Positions 1 to 10,878 of a DNA stretch of 64,000 bases are shown here, piece by piece. Numbering within the stretch: position 1 is the stretch's first letter; each line of letters opens with the position of its first letter. A program made the translations under genes and the position numbers. Source of the DNA: Bryobacterales bacterium (lineage in GTDB: Bacteria; Acidobacteriota; Terriglobia; Bryobacterales; Bryobacteraceae); assembly GCA_963795925.1 (NCBI GenBank), contig CAWCJP010000012.1:127761-191760 (forward strand). Direction: 5' to 3'. The notes under the pieces are model-generated. The model saw only the letters and a program-made list of their open reading frames with translations, searched no databases and was not told the origin of the DNA.

Positions 1-997
1 CTAGGGGTCGTTCTGTTTCAACTTGGCGGGCCGGATTCGCTGGATACCATCGAGCCGTTTCTCTACAATCTGTTCTGCGATCCGGACATCATCGATTTTC
101 CATTCGCCCGCATCGCGCGCCAGCCGCTGGCGCGGCTGATTTCGACCACGCGCGCACGGCACGTGCGGCATCACTACGCGGAGATCGGCGGGCGCTCGCC
201 GATTCTGGAGTTCACGCGGCGGCAGGCCCAAGCGCTCGAAGCTGAGCTGCGGCAGCGATTTCGATGCCCGTGTGGTGGTGGCGATGCGCTACTGGCATCC
301 GTTCACCGCCGAAGCGATCCGCGAGTTGGAAGCGCACGCGCCGGAAGAGGTGGTGCTGCTGCCGCTCTATCCGCAGTATTCCCGGACCACCACCGGCAGC
401 AGCCTGAACGAATGGAAACGGCGATTCCATCCGAACGGCTGGAATCCGCGCGTGCAGCGGTCACGGAGTTCCACGAGGACGCCGCCTATCTCGCGCCGTG
501 GTGGAGCGGTCGACGAATCGCTGGCGGGGTTCGACTATCCGGCCGATGTGGACATGGTCTTCAGCGCGCACAGCGTGCCGATGGCGGTGATCGACGCGGG
601 CGATCCCGTATCAGCGGCACATCGAGCGAACCGTCGAGTCTGGTCTGGCAGCGGGGGCGCTGGCCCGGCCGCCGGCATCTCTGCTACCAGAGCAAAGTGG
701 GCGCATCGAAGTGGCTGCGACCCTCCATGCACGAGACTGTGAAGCGGCTGGCGGCCGAAGGCGGCCGGCACGTGCTGGTGATTCCCGTTTCATTCGTCTC
801 CGATCACGTGGAGACGCTGCACGAGATTGACATCGAACATCGCGCGCAGGCCCGCGAACTGGGCATTCGACGAGTACCGCATGGTGCCCGGATTGAACGA
901 TGCGCCGCGCTTCATCGGCGTGCTGGCGAAGCTGGTGCGCGCGGCGGTCTCACAGCCTTCGGTCGCACAGCCATCGGCCGCCGGCCTGCGGGCCTGA
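1..997 (+). pseudogene. hemH: ferrochelatase; 5' end cut by the window edge; reading frame broken several times
   Basis: Ferrochelatase-typical peptides alternate between frames. Frame 1: GVVLFQLGGPDSLDTIEPFLYNLFCDPDIIDFPF. Frame 2: VVVAMRYWHPFTAEAIRELE..LLPLYPQYSRTTTGSS and FDYPADVDMVFSAHSVPMAVIDAGDP. Frame 1: CYQSKVGASKWLRPSMHETVKRLAAEGGRHVLVIPVSFVSDHVETLHEIDIEH. Frame 2: FDEYRMVPGLNDAPRFIGVLAKLV, then TGA at 995-997. Confidence 0.85.
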
Positions 998-1015
998 GGC
1001 GGCGCCGGCATTCAG

Positions 1016-2779
1016 GTGCGGCCTCTGCTCAACCCCATCGGTTTCGGCGCAGCCGATTTCATTTTGCTGGCGTGGTCGGGATTGCTGGTGCTGCCCCTGC
1101 TGGTTGCGGTCCGGTACGAGGAGCCTCTTCGCGCGTTCGCAGCCCGCACGCGCTTGGCGATGCTGTTCTTGGTGTTGCTGCCGATTGCCCTGCGGCTCGC
1201 GTTGCTCCCGCATGCGCCCATTCCTTCGCCTCGCACGCCGGATGATTTCAGCTTTGGGCTGTCGGGTGACACCCTGGCTCACTTCCGGCTGGCAAATCCC
1301 TCGCACCCCATGCGGCGGTTTTTTGAAACCAACTTCGTACTTCAGGAGCCCAGCTACAGTTCGATCTACCCGCTCGGTCAGGGCTTTGCGCTGGCCTTCG
1401 GACAAGTCGTTTTCCACGCGCAATGGGCTGGCGTGGCTCTGTGCGCGGGCCTGTTCTGCGGCTTATGTTATTGGATGCTGCGGGCCTGGACCAGTCCCCT
1501 CTGGGCGCTCGCGGGCGGTTTGCTTGCCGTTTTCGAATTCGGCCCCCTGCAGTATTGGATGAATACTTATTGGGGTGGATCGCTGGCGGCCGCCGGAGGC
1601 TGCCTGATCTTTGGATCGTTGCCGCGGTTGCGCGAACGCGCCGGCCGGCGGGATGCCGCGCTGCTGGGGCTGGGCTTCGCGATCGAATGGCTCACGCGGC
1701 CCTTCGAGACCACGCTCGTGGGATTGGGTGTGGCGGTGTTCCTGGCCGTCGCATTTCGTGGACGATGGCGCCTGTTGGGGCGCACAGCGTTGATCGCAGC
1801 GCTGACTTTCCTTTCAGCCGCGGCGCTGAGCCTGCTTCAAAACCGGCAGGTGACCGGCAGTTGGACCACGTTGCCCTATATGCTCAGCCAGTATCAATAT
1901 GGCGTGCCGGCGTCGTTTACGTTTCAGCCCAATCCCACGCCGCACCACGCATTGACCGCGGAGCAGCGCACGTATTACGATCTGCAGGCCGCCGTGCATG
2001 GCAATGCGCCCGATTCGTTTTCCGGCTTCCTCGGCCGGATTTGGAAACGCGTGCGCTTCGGCCGGTTCTTCTTCGCCGTGCCGCTTTTCCTGGCACTGCC
2101 AGCATTCCTGCTGGTGCTGCGGCAGGCTCGCTTTCTGTGGATAATGCTCTGGCTCGCGATACTTTGCCTGGGTACGAGCTTTTATCCGTACTTTTACCCG
2201 CACTACATTGCGGGCGGCGCCTGCCTTTTTGTGCTGGTTGGCGTGACGGCGCTCCAACAGATCGCCCGCTGGAGCAGGGACTCTGCCCGCCTGATTTTTC
2301 TGCTGTGCGCCACGCAATTCCTGTTCTGGTATGGGTTGCACCTATTTGCCGGATGGGAGCCGGCACTGGATCTGACGGAGCGGTACGAGAATTGGGATTA
2401 CGTCAATCACGGCGACCCGGAAGGGCGCATCGCCATCGACCGCCGTCTGGCGCAGGCGGGCGGCAGGCAGCTTGTTTTCGTCCGCTATTGGCCGCAGCAC
2501 GGGTTGAGCCAGTGGGTGGCCAATGCGGCGGATATAGACGCGTCGGCCGTGGTGCGGGCGCTCGACCTGGGAGACGCCGAGAACCAAAAACTGCTGCATT
2601 ATTATCCGGACCGGACCGCCTGGCTGCTGGAACCCGATGCGCGGCCTCCCCGGTTGACGCGCTACCAGGTAGAAGCACCGCCGCCGGCCGTTTCCTCGGC
2701 GATTCTGCCCCCGAAGAGTGCCCCGCCGAAAAACAAATCGCCATTCGAGGAAATACCGCCCGCGCCGCCTGATCGGTGA
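1016..2779 (+). CDS. polytopic membrane protein with a C-terminal soluble domain; GT-C (ArnT/PMT-like) glycosyltransferase fold suspected
   Basis: Intact 587-aa ORF with many hydrophobic helices. It has an acidic DD in the first loop (PRTPDDFSFGL) and a roughly 170-aa non-membrane C-terminus. No search was run. Confidence 0.5.
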   Translation: MRPLLNPIGFGAADFILLAWSGLLVLPLLVAVRYEEPLRAFAARTRLAMLFLVLLPIALRLALLPHAPIPSPRTPDDFSFGLSGDTLAHFRLANPSHPMRRFFETNFVLQEPSYSSIYPLGQGFALAFGQVVFHAQWAGVALCAGLFCGLCYWMLRAWTSPLWALAGGLLAVFEFGPLQYWMNTYWGGSLAAAGGCLIFGSLPRLRERAGRRDAALLGLGFAIEWLTRPFETTLVGLGVAVFLAVAFRGRWRLLGRTALIAALTFLSAAALSLLQNRQVTGSWTTLPYMLSQYQYGVPASFTFQPNPTPHHALTAEQRTYYDLQAAVHGNAPDSFSGFLGRIWKRVRFGRFFFAVPLFLALPAFLLVLRQARFLWIMLWLAILCLGTSFYPYFYPHYIAGGACLFVLVGVTALQQIARWSRDSARLIFLLCATQFLFWYGLHLFAGWEPALDLTERYENWDYVNHGDPEGRIAIDRRLAQAGGRQLVFVRYWPQHGLSQWVANAADIDASAVVRALDLGDAENQKLLHYYPDRTAWLLEPDARPPRLTRYQVEAPPPAVSSAILPPKSAPPKNKSPFEEIPPAPPDR

Positions 2780-2834
2780 TGAGGGCTGCCCGGCCAGATG
2801 GTGGAGCTAGCTTTTGTGGAATAAATATTCAGCC

Positions 2835-3182
2835 CTATTTTTTCGCGGCTGCGAAGTATGCTTGTACGAGCGCGGACAGGTGATTCAGCAGGAATCCGAT
2901 CACCGCTCCACCAACAACGAAGGCGGCACTGATGATGCGCAGGCCGAACTTGGCGGCATGGACATCCTTTCCTATATCGCGCAACTCTTTGCCCTGTTCC
3001 TTCGACTGTTCTTTGAGGGATTCAACCGCTTCAGTGAGCCTCCCGATTTGATGGTGGATTGTTCCTACCAAATCGAGGATGTAGGAATACTCTGCCGATG
3101 GAAACGAGGATGGCGGAGCCGTCACCGGGAATTCGGATGGGGCCGAAGGTCCGCTAGGTTCCTTTTGCTTTTCTTTAGCCAA
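2835..3182 (-). CDS. hypothetical tail-anchored coiled-coil membrane protein
   Basis: 115-aa ORF with a Pro/Ser-rich N-terminus, a heptad-like stretch (HHQIGRLTEAVESLKEQSKEQGKELRDIG) and a C-terminal TM helix (IISAAFVVGGAVIGFLL). It overlaps the upstream ORF by 8 nt and lies in AT-richer DNA. Confidence 0.5.
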   Translation of the reverse strand: MAKEKQKEPSGPSAPSEFPVTAPPSSFPSAEYSYILDLVGTIHHQIGRLTEAVESLKEQSKEQGKELRDIGKDVHAAKFGLRIISAAFVVGGAVIGFLLNHLSALVQAYFAAAKK

Positions 3183-3447
3183 CTGGAGTTTGCGATCCTT
3201 TCGCCTTTAGCCACTCCCAGAGGTCAGAACGTGCAAGGCCAAAATACCCGCCGACGGTCACTACCACACCATTAATGCTGCCAGCCTCTGGTCCCATTCC
3301 AAGCTGGAGTGCGATGCTTGCAGCCGTGGCACCGTTCGCAACGACGAACCATTTATCGAGATCCAAAGCGAAGTGGTCCGGGAACTGCTCTTTGACCTTA
3401 GGACCCAACCGAGCGTCCCCCAAGCCCATCACGGCAAAAATAGGCAT
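3175..3447 (-). CDS. hypothetical small soluble protein, first gene of a two-gene cassette
   Basis: 90-aa ORF (MPIFAVMGLGDARLGPKVKEQFPDHF...GGYFGLARSDLWEWLKAKG) that overlaps the start of the downstream ORF. The local GC is visibly lower than the flanks. Confidence 0.5.
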   Translation of the reverse strand: MPIFAVMGLGDARLGPKVKEQFPDHFALDLDKWFVVANGATAASIALQLGMGPEAGSINGVVVTVGGYFGLARSDLWEWLKAKGSQTPVG

Positions 3448-3674
3448 CAGCCAATAATATTACACAGCGCGAGTCGTTTTGGCAGAGACAGATCCTACTA
3501 TACCAGCAGATCTGCCAGCGTCCACCGATCCGGCGCTAGATATGGACGTGCAAATCCGTTGCAATGTCTGGGTTTCCCAATGGCCCCACCACCCCCGCCG
3601 CGCCTCGATCAGGCGATAATAGAGTGGATAAGGGCTGCGGAACAAACCACCCGCGTCTCTCGTCTGGAAACTTA

Positions 3675-4917
3675 ATGCGAACCAACGCTTCCTTCGGCGA
3701 GGCTGTCACCGGTGCGGCGCTTTCGCTGCGCGGCAGCAAGCTGCGCAGCTTTCTCACGCTGCTCGGGATCATCCTGGCCACCACCACCCTGATCGCGGTC
3801 ATGTCCGTAATCGACGGCATGAACGTGTACGTGGCGCAGAACGTCTCGAGCATGGGCGCCGATGGCTTCAAGGTGCGGCGCATCGTGATGATGGGCGTGT
3901 GGGACCCCAAGAAATACCTGGCCATGGACCGCCGCAACCCCGAGCTTTCCAAAGAAGAATTCGATTTCCTGAAGAGCAATAGCCGCATGGTGCAGGATCT
4001 GGGCATGTCCGTGAACCGCATGGTCTCCGTGCACTTCGGCAAGGAACATCGGGACAACGTGCAAATCACCGGCGCTACGCCGAACATCGGCGTGATCTCC
4101 AACACCATCCCGGCGGAGGGCCGCTTCATCAGCGAGCTGGAAGACGAGCGGCGCGCCATGGTGGCCGTAATCGGCAACGACCTGAAAGACAATTTCTTTG
4201 CCAACGCCAATCCCATCGGCAAATCCATCGTGGTGGAGGGCCGCCCGTTCGAAGTGATCGGCGTGGCCAAAACCAAGGGATCGGTGTTCGGCAACTCGCG
4301 CGACAACTTCCTGATGATCCCGGCCGAGACTTATTTCAAGATCTACGGCTCGCGCAGCGGCATCGAGTACGATTTGACGGCTGCGGATCACACCGTGCTG
4401 CAGCAGGCCCAGGACGAGGTGAGGTGCTGCTTGCGCTCCTACCGTCACCTGCACCCGAAGGACGAAGATACCTTCGGCATGGTCAGTTCGGATTCGCTGG
4501 TCAACGTCTTCGATCAGTTGACCGGCGCCATTGCGGCGACCGCGATCGGCGGTGGTTTCCGTATTCATGGTGGTGGGCGGCGTGGTGATCATGAACATCA
4601 TGCTGGCGGTGGTCACCGAGCGCACGCGCGAGATCGGCATCCGCAAGTCGGTGGGCGCGCGGCGCAGCGACATACTCAACCAGTTTCTGGTGGAATCGGC
4701 CATGCTTTCCGCCTCCGGCGGGGTAATCGGGATTATCGTGGCGTGGATGGTGGCCATAATGGTGAAGACGTTTACGCCGGTGCCCATGCACGTCCCCATC
4801 AGCGCGGTCATCGTGGGCGTAACGCTTTCGGCGGCGGTCGGATTGTTCTTCGGCATCTATCCGGCAAGACGCGCGGCGGGGTTGGACCCCATTGAAGCTT
4901 TGAGGGTGGAACGATGA
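3675..4917 (+). pseudogene. ABC transporter permease, MacB/FtsX family; one frame break near 4548
   Basis: N-terminus: LRSFLTLLGIILATTTLIAVMSVIDG. The large periplasmic domain is followed, in the next frame, by [42 protein letters not shown]...FGIYPARRAAGLDPIEALRVE. The junction fits an extra g in atcg[g]cgg. Confidence 0.85.
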
Positions 4918-6145
4918 CAATCAGTGCGCTTGGTGCGGGAGTCGGTCTGGCGTTGACCACTGTGCGCGAGCACAAGATGCGCTCGTTTCTGACGGTGTTG
5001 GGAGTGATCATCGGCACCGGCGCGGTGATCGGGGTGGGATCCATCATCGCCGGGCTGGATGGCGCCGTCACCAACATCCTCAAGAGCTTCGGGCCGAACA
5101 CCATTGTGGTGCTGCGGGGCAGCGCCATGGGCGGTTGGACGCTCGAAGAAATGAAACGCAAGCCCCTGACGCGGGAGGACGCGCTGGCCATCGCCGATCG
5201 CTGCCCTTCGGTGGAGCACGTCAGCCCTTACCTGTTTTCGAATTGGGACCAGATCCACAAAGCCCGCTACAAGGGCAACGATAACTACAACCTGGATATC
5301 GGCGGGCACCGAAGAAGGCTACGCCGCGGGCGGCACCGTGATGCTGCAAGGCCGTTTTTTCACGGATACGGAGAGCCGGCACCACATGCCCGTGGCCGTG
5401 CTCGGCGAGGATTTGGGCAAGGCCTGGTTCCAGGGCGTGGACGCGGTAGGCAAGTGGATCGAACTGGATGGGCACGCCGTGGAAGTGATCGGCGTCATGG
5501 AGCGGCCCGCGGCGTCTTTTCCGGGGCAGGACGATAATCGCATCCTGATGCCGTACTTCACCATGCGCAAGCTCTATCCCAGCGCCAACGAGAACATGCT
5601 GATCGTCATCGCGCGGCAGGGTATGTTGTCCAAGGCCGAGGATGAAGTACGCACCATCCTGCGCATCCAGCGCAAAGTCCCCAACGACAAGCCGGACAAC
5701 TTCTCGCTCTCGACAGCCGAGCAGATGATCGAGGATTTCCACCGCATCACCGGCACGGTGGCGCTGGTGATGGTGATCCTCAGCTCCATCGGGCTGCTGG
5801 TGGGCGGCATTGGGGTGATGAACATCATGCTGGTTTCGGTCACCGAGCGCACGCGGGAGATCGGCATTCGCAAGGCGGTAGGCGCGCGCAAGAGCCGACA
5901 TCATCGTGCAGTTCCTGACGGAGGCGGTGGTGCTGACCGGGATCGGCGGTGTGATCGGGCTGTTCCTGGGCTGGTGCGTGTCGCTGCTGGCCGGGCTGAT
6001 CTTCCGGAATCTGCCGACCGCGGTGCCGTTGTGGGCGGCCGTGGCGGGCATCATGGTGTCGGTCGGAGTGGGGCTGTTCTTCGGCATCTGGCCGGCGGGG
6101 CGCGCGGCGAATCTCGACCCGGTGGTAGCGCTCCGGTACGAATGA
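4914..6145 (+). pseudogene. second ABC transporter permease, MacB/FtsX family; frame breaks near 5305 and 5895
   Basis: Three frames join to give MRSFLTVLGVIIGTGAVIGVGSII...DIGG|[18 protein letters not shown]...[27 protein letters not shown]|[19 protein letters not shown]...[18 protein letters not shown]. The junctions fit an extra g (ggcgGgcacc) and an extra c (agcCgac). Confidence 0.85.
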
Positions 6146-6155
6146 TCTACGCCCG

Positions 6156-6737
6156 CTACACTGACCGGCGTTTCCGCAATCTATTAATAACCAGCAGCAC
6201 ACCGCCCGCCATCAATGACCAAGTAGTTGGCTCCGGTACGGCTGCCGAAACAACGTTGGCGCCGAGAAGCGCATAACCGCCATCAGCGTCGGCGGTAAAC
6301 GTAACCGTGTCGCCGGCTAGATAGGTCGCTGTGAACGTCTCGGTACCGAAAGCTTGAAGTCCCCCCAAACCGGACATTACCGCATCGGCAGTCCCATAGA
6401 CATTCCAATAAACGGACCAAGTTACGGCTTCATCATAGGGGGCGGTCCAATACCCGGTTGCATAGGTAAGTCCACCCGGATCTTCATTTCCGCCTTCCGA
6501 GGCAGCCGAAATGGAAAAACCGTCGCCAAAATCTCCTCCGAAGGATGCTGATGCTCCTCCATCTCCCTCTACGGCGCATGAGACGTCACCATAACCAGTA
6601 TTAAGTTGGGTCACGGGTGGGCCCTGGCCACCGGAGACTATCGCGCCGTTTATATAGCAATACGCGGTGTTCAATGGGCTGGCGGACAACCCAACACTCA
6701 CGCCCAACAGAATCGACAACACTTTCAGCGTTCGCAT
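6156..6737 (-). CDS. PEP-CTERM sorting-domain secreted protein
   Basis: 193 aa with a signal peptide ([19 protein letters not shown]) and a Gly/Asp/Thr-rich body. The C-terminal [27 protein letters not shown] gives the PEP motif, a TM helix and a basic tail. Confidence 0.8.
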   Translation of the reverse strand: MRTLKVLSILLGVSVGLSASPLNTAYCYINGAIVSGGQGPPVTQLNTGYGDVSCAVEGDGGASASFGGDFGDGFSISAASEGGNEDPGGLTYATGYWTAPYDEAVTWSVYWNVYGTADAVMSGLGGLQAFGTETFTATYLAGDTVTFTADADGGYALLGANVVSAAVPEPTTWSLMAGGVLLVINRLRKRRSV

Positions 6738-7043
6738 TTCGTTGCCACCTCAAGGTCTTCAGTGAAGAAACCGGACAGCTTGCCGAGAGTGGTAAGCGGG
6801 ATGTATTGTATCACGAGCAAAGATGGACGGCAAAAACAAGCAAAACAAGCAAAACGCAATATGGGTTCAAGCTAGTCGTGGCGCCAAATCCCCAGTCCAC
6901 TCCCGGAACGCCCTTTCCCATAACCGGACACTTTTCAACAACTCCGCCGCCCCGCCCTAACCTTTTTCCCCCAACGGAGTCATAATGTTACCAGCCTCGG
7001 ATCGATTGGCAGGAGCCGTGCCCTTCATTCCGCGGTACCGGAC

Positions 7044-8333
7044 ATGGATATCGTTCGCAAAGACGCAGCCAAGAAACGCCTGATCAAGCGCATTATCATC
7101 GGGTTAGTGATTATCATCGCACTGATCCCGGTGGGTTATTACGTAGGAGTCCCGTTTCTGTTCGCAGGCAAGCTGAAGCCCGCGGCGCCGGGCGTGGAAC
7201 TCTCCACCCTCTGGCCCGGCACCGTCGAGCGCGGCCCCATGGTCCGCGATGTGCGCGGCTTGGGCACGCTGGTCCCCGAAGAGACCCTGCTGATTCCGGC
7301 TAACACGGACGGGCGCATCGAGAAGATCCTGATCAAACCGGGCACACCCGTCAAACCGGATAGCATCATTCTGATCATGAGCAATCCCGAACTGCAGACC
7401 GCCCTGATGGACGCCAGGTTCACCCTGGAGGCCGCAAAAGCCGCCTATACCGATCTGCGGGTGACGCTCGAAAAGCAGGGGCTGGATCTGCAGGCGGCCG
7501 CGGCCCAGGTGAGCGCCGATTACCACACCGCCCAACTCAAAGCCGAGCGGGACGACGCCCTGGTGAAAGAGGGCTTGGTGGCCCCGGTGGATGCCAAGAT
7601 TTCGGACGTCACCGCTAAGGAGCTCTCGACGCGCAACGGCATCGAGGAAAAGCGGCTCAGCATCAACCAGGAATCCGTAGAGGCGCAGTTGGCCGCGCAG
7701 AAAGTTAAAGTCGACCAGCTTGAGGCGGAATACAAGCTGAAACAGGAGCAGGTGGAGAAGCTCAATGTCCGGGCGGGCACCGAAGGCACGCTGCAGGCGC
7801 TGCCCGAGATTCAGAAAGTGGAAGAAGGGCAGAAGGTGATGGCAGGCACCGCGCTGGCCAAAGTGGCGCAGCCGTGGAAGCTGAAGGCGGAGTTGAAGAT
7901 CGCGGAAACGCAGGCCAAAGACGTCACGATCGGCCAGCCGGCGGTCATCGACACGCGCAACGGCCTCGTGAATGCCAAAGTTTCGCGTATCGACCCGGCC
8001 GTGTTGAACGGAACCGTCACCGTGGATTGCAGGCTGGAAGGCGCGCTGCCGGCCGGCGCGCGTCCGGATCTGAGCGTGGACGGCACCATCCAGTTGGAGA
8101 AGCTGGACGACGTGGTCTACATGGGCCGGCCGGTGTTCGGGCAGGCGGAGAGCAACGTCAGCCTGTTCAAGATCGAGCCCGACGGCAAGTACGCCGACAC
8201 GGTGACAGGTCACACTGGGGCGCGCTTCGGTCAACACGCATCGAGATACGCCAGGGGCTGAAGGTGGGCGACCGGGTGATTTTGTCGGATATGTCGGCTT
8301 GGGACAGCCTACGAGCGAATAAAATTGAACTAG
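7044..8333 (+). pseudogene. HlyD/MacA-family periplasmic adaptor; three 1-nt insertions in the last 130 nt
   Basis: It has an N-terminal TM helix, a long coiled coil (QAAAAQVSADYHTAQLKAERDD...) and a beta-barrel region. The 3' end reads ADTVT|VTLGRASVNT|IEIRQGLKVGDRVILSDMSAWDS|YERIKLN* after removing single bases near 8208, 8239 and 8308. TAG lies at 8331-8333. Confidence 0.8.
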
Positions 8334-8362
8334 AACCGGATTTGGTTCGTAATGGAGAAGAA

Positions 8363-9074
<712 letters not shown>

Positions 9075-9114
9075 CGGGCTGGGTCCAACTAAATAATCGC
9101 GGGAGGAGGGGAGA

Positions 9115-9879
9115 ATGCTATTCGCAAGCGCCATGTTGGCGCTGGCAGGCGCCATCAGCCTGCCGGCAAATGGAAGCTTCCATCAAGAGTCCAGCCGGAT
9201 TTATGCTCTTTCCGCGCGTGGACAGGTTTCGCTCCAGAACATCAACGGCAACGTTCACATCCGCGCATGGGACCGCAATGAAGTGCGCATCGAGGCGGTG
9301 AAGACCGCCAACAGCCGCAGCCTGCTGAATGAAGCGCGCGTGGTGATCGATTCGAGCGCGGATTCAATCAGCATCAGAACAAGGTACGGCGACTCCAACA
9401 CCAATCCGGGCAAAATAGAGTTCACCGTAATGGTGCCGCGGCACGCCCGCTTGAGCGAAATCAAGCTGATCAATGGCGAACTGGATATCGAAGGCGTCAG
9501 CGGCGGGGTGAACGCCTCGTCGGTGAACGGCACGGTGCGCGCGGCGAAGATCGCCGGAGACGCGCGGCTCTCGACCGTGAACGGAAAGCTGGAGGCCAGC
9601 TTCGAGCGCCTGAGCGACGCCAGGACGATCTCCATGAATTCCGTCAACGGGCCGATCTCGCTCTCCATTCCCTACGACGCGGGCGCCGAGTTCAATGCGC
9701 GCAACGTCACCGGCGGCATCGATAACGACTTCGGCATTCCGGTAAGCCAGGATCACTCCGCCGGCAGCCAGTTACACGGCGTGGTGAAGGGCGGCGGCAC
9801 CTATATCAACCTGAAGAACGTCAACGGCGCCATCTGCATCACGCCGATGTCGCACGGCCGGCGCGTCAAATTCACTTAA
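9115..9879 (+). CDS. DUF4097-like (putative adhesin, beta-helical repeat) protein with signal peptide
   Basis: 254 aa. The motif VNG-x-[IVL] repeats (NINGNVHI, INGELDI, VNGTVRA, VNGKLEA, VNGPISL, VNGAICI). Confidence 0.65.
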   Translation: MLFASAMLALAGAISLPANGSFHQESSRIYALSARGQVSLQNINGNVHIRAWDRNEVRIEAVKTANSRSLLNEARVVIDSSADSISIRTRYGDSNTNPGKIEFTVMVPRHARLSEIKLINGELDIEGVSGGVNASSVNGTVRAAKIAGDARLSTVNGKLEASFERLSDARTISMNSVNGPISLSIPYDAGAEFNARNVTGGIDNDFGIPVSQDHSAGSQLHGVVKGGGTYINLKNVNGAICITPMSHGRRVKFT

Positions 9880-9921
9880 AACAGGCTGTCCTCCGCGGTT
9901 CGGGTTATAATCCAACTTCCA

Positions 9922-10500
9922 ATGGAGGACGGCGGCGACATCACAGGTCTCATTGCCGCATGGCGGCGCGGCGACAAGGCCGCCGAGAATGCGCTGTTCG
10001 AGGCGCTTTACGCCAAGCTGCACGGCATCGCCTTGCGATGTGTCCAGGACCAGTTGCCTAGCCCCAGTCTGGGCGCCACCGCCCTCATTCACGAAGCTTA
10101 TCTGCGGTTCCACCGATCCGAGCGGATTGAGGTTGCGGACCGCTATCACTTTCTGCGGCTGGTGGCCAAGGTGATGCGCCAGATCCTGGTGGACCGCGCC
10201 CGCGCCCGCCGCAGCGAGAAGCGCGGCGGCGACCAGGTGCGCGTGGAGGACACCGAGCAACTTGTCCGGACCGAGGCCGACGCCGTAGAGATACTGGCTG
10301 TGGACCGCGCGCTAGGCAGTTTGAAGCGGCAATCGCCACGGCAGGCGCAGGTGGTGGAGCTGCGCTACTTCGCCGGCTACAGCCTGGAAGAAACCGCCAT
10401 GGTGCTGGGCGTGGCGGAGCGCACCGTCAAGCGGGATTGGGATGCGGCGCGCACGCGGTTGAAGATCGCGATTGACGGGCCGGACGCGGCACGTCTGTAG
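9922..10500 (+). CDS. ECF RNA polymerase sigma factor, TIGR02999/ECF43-like
   Basis: 192 aa. The N-terminus ITGLIAAWRRGDKAAENALFEALYAKLHGIA is typical of the acidobacterial/planctomycete ECF type. The region-4 HTH reads QAQVVELRYFAGYSLEETAMVLGVAERTVKRDW. Confidence 0.85.
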   Translation: MEDGGDITGLIAAWRRGDKAAENALFEALYAKLHGIALRCVQDQLPSPSLGATALIHEAYLRFHRSERIEVADRYHFLRLVAKVMRQILVDRARARRSEKRGGDQVRVEDTEQLVRTEADAVEILAVDRALGSLKRQSPRQAQVVELRYFAGYSLEETAMVLGVAERTVKRDWDAARTRLKIAIDGPDAARL

Positions 10501-10507
10501 CTCCCTA

Positions 10508-10864
10508 TTAGGCCGGTTTCATGTTGCTCAGGTTCGCGACGATGTTGTCCTGTACTTCACTGGGAGGACACGAAGTCCCGGTCGGAATATAAAACCCGAC
10601 TGCTCCCGGCGACGACGCTGTCAAAGCGAGGCTCTTCCGAAGATCCTGCGCATTGAGGGTTGGGAGTGGCGCCGCGAAGTCGGCACTGGTAATCCCTTTG
10701 CCGATATCCTCGTTCGCGGCGGCTATCACCGCGTCTTGTAGGCTCTTGCCGCCCTTATGAAAATTGTCCACTTTGAGTCCAAAGGCGGACTTGGTCGCAC
10801 CCGCGCCGGAGTGCTCCGCTAACAGCAAGTACATCGCCCACTTCTGTCCATAACTAAGTGCCAT
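10508..10864 (-). CDS. hypothetical protein, immediately downstream of the kinase gene
   Basis: 118-aa ORF that starts 15 nt after the kinase stop on the same strand. It has no recognisable motif and slightly lower GC. Confidence 0.4.
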   Translation of the reverse strand: MALSYGQKWAMYLLLAEHSGAGATKSAFGLKVDNFHKGGKSLQDAVIAAANEDIGKGITSADFAAPLPTLNAQDLRKSLALTASSPGAVGFYIPTGTSCPPSEVQDNIVANLSNMKPA

Positions 10865-10878
10865 TGTATTTCCCCTTT

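Noticed and set aside
7104-8237. 377-aa ORF on the minus strand, antisense to the HlyD/MacA gene. Similar long antisense ORFs occur at 3672-4856, 22094-23374, 35182-36237, 40821-41813 and 44885-45871.
   Set aside because: These are typical GC-driven shadow ORFs. They are Arg/Ala/Gly/His-rich with no family-like motifs, and each lies fully opposite a gene with strong family signatures.
10508-10864. The 118-aa ORF considered as a Nif11-type or other RiPP precursor.
   Set aside because: It has no leader-like motif, no Gly-Gly cleavage site, only one Cys, and no maturase or transporter next to it.
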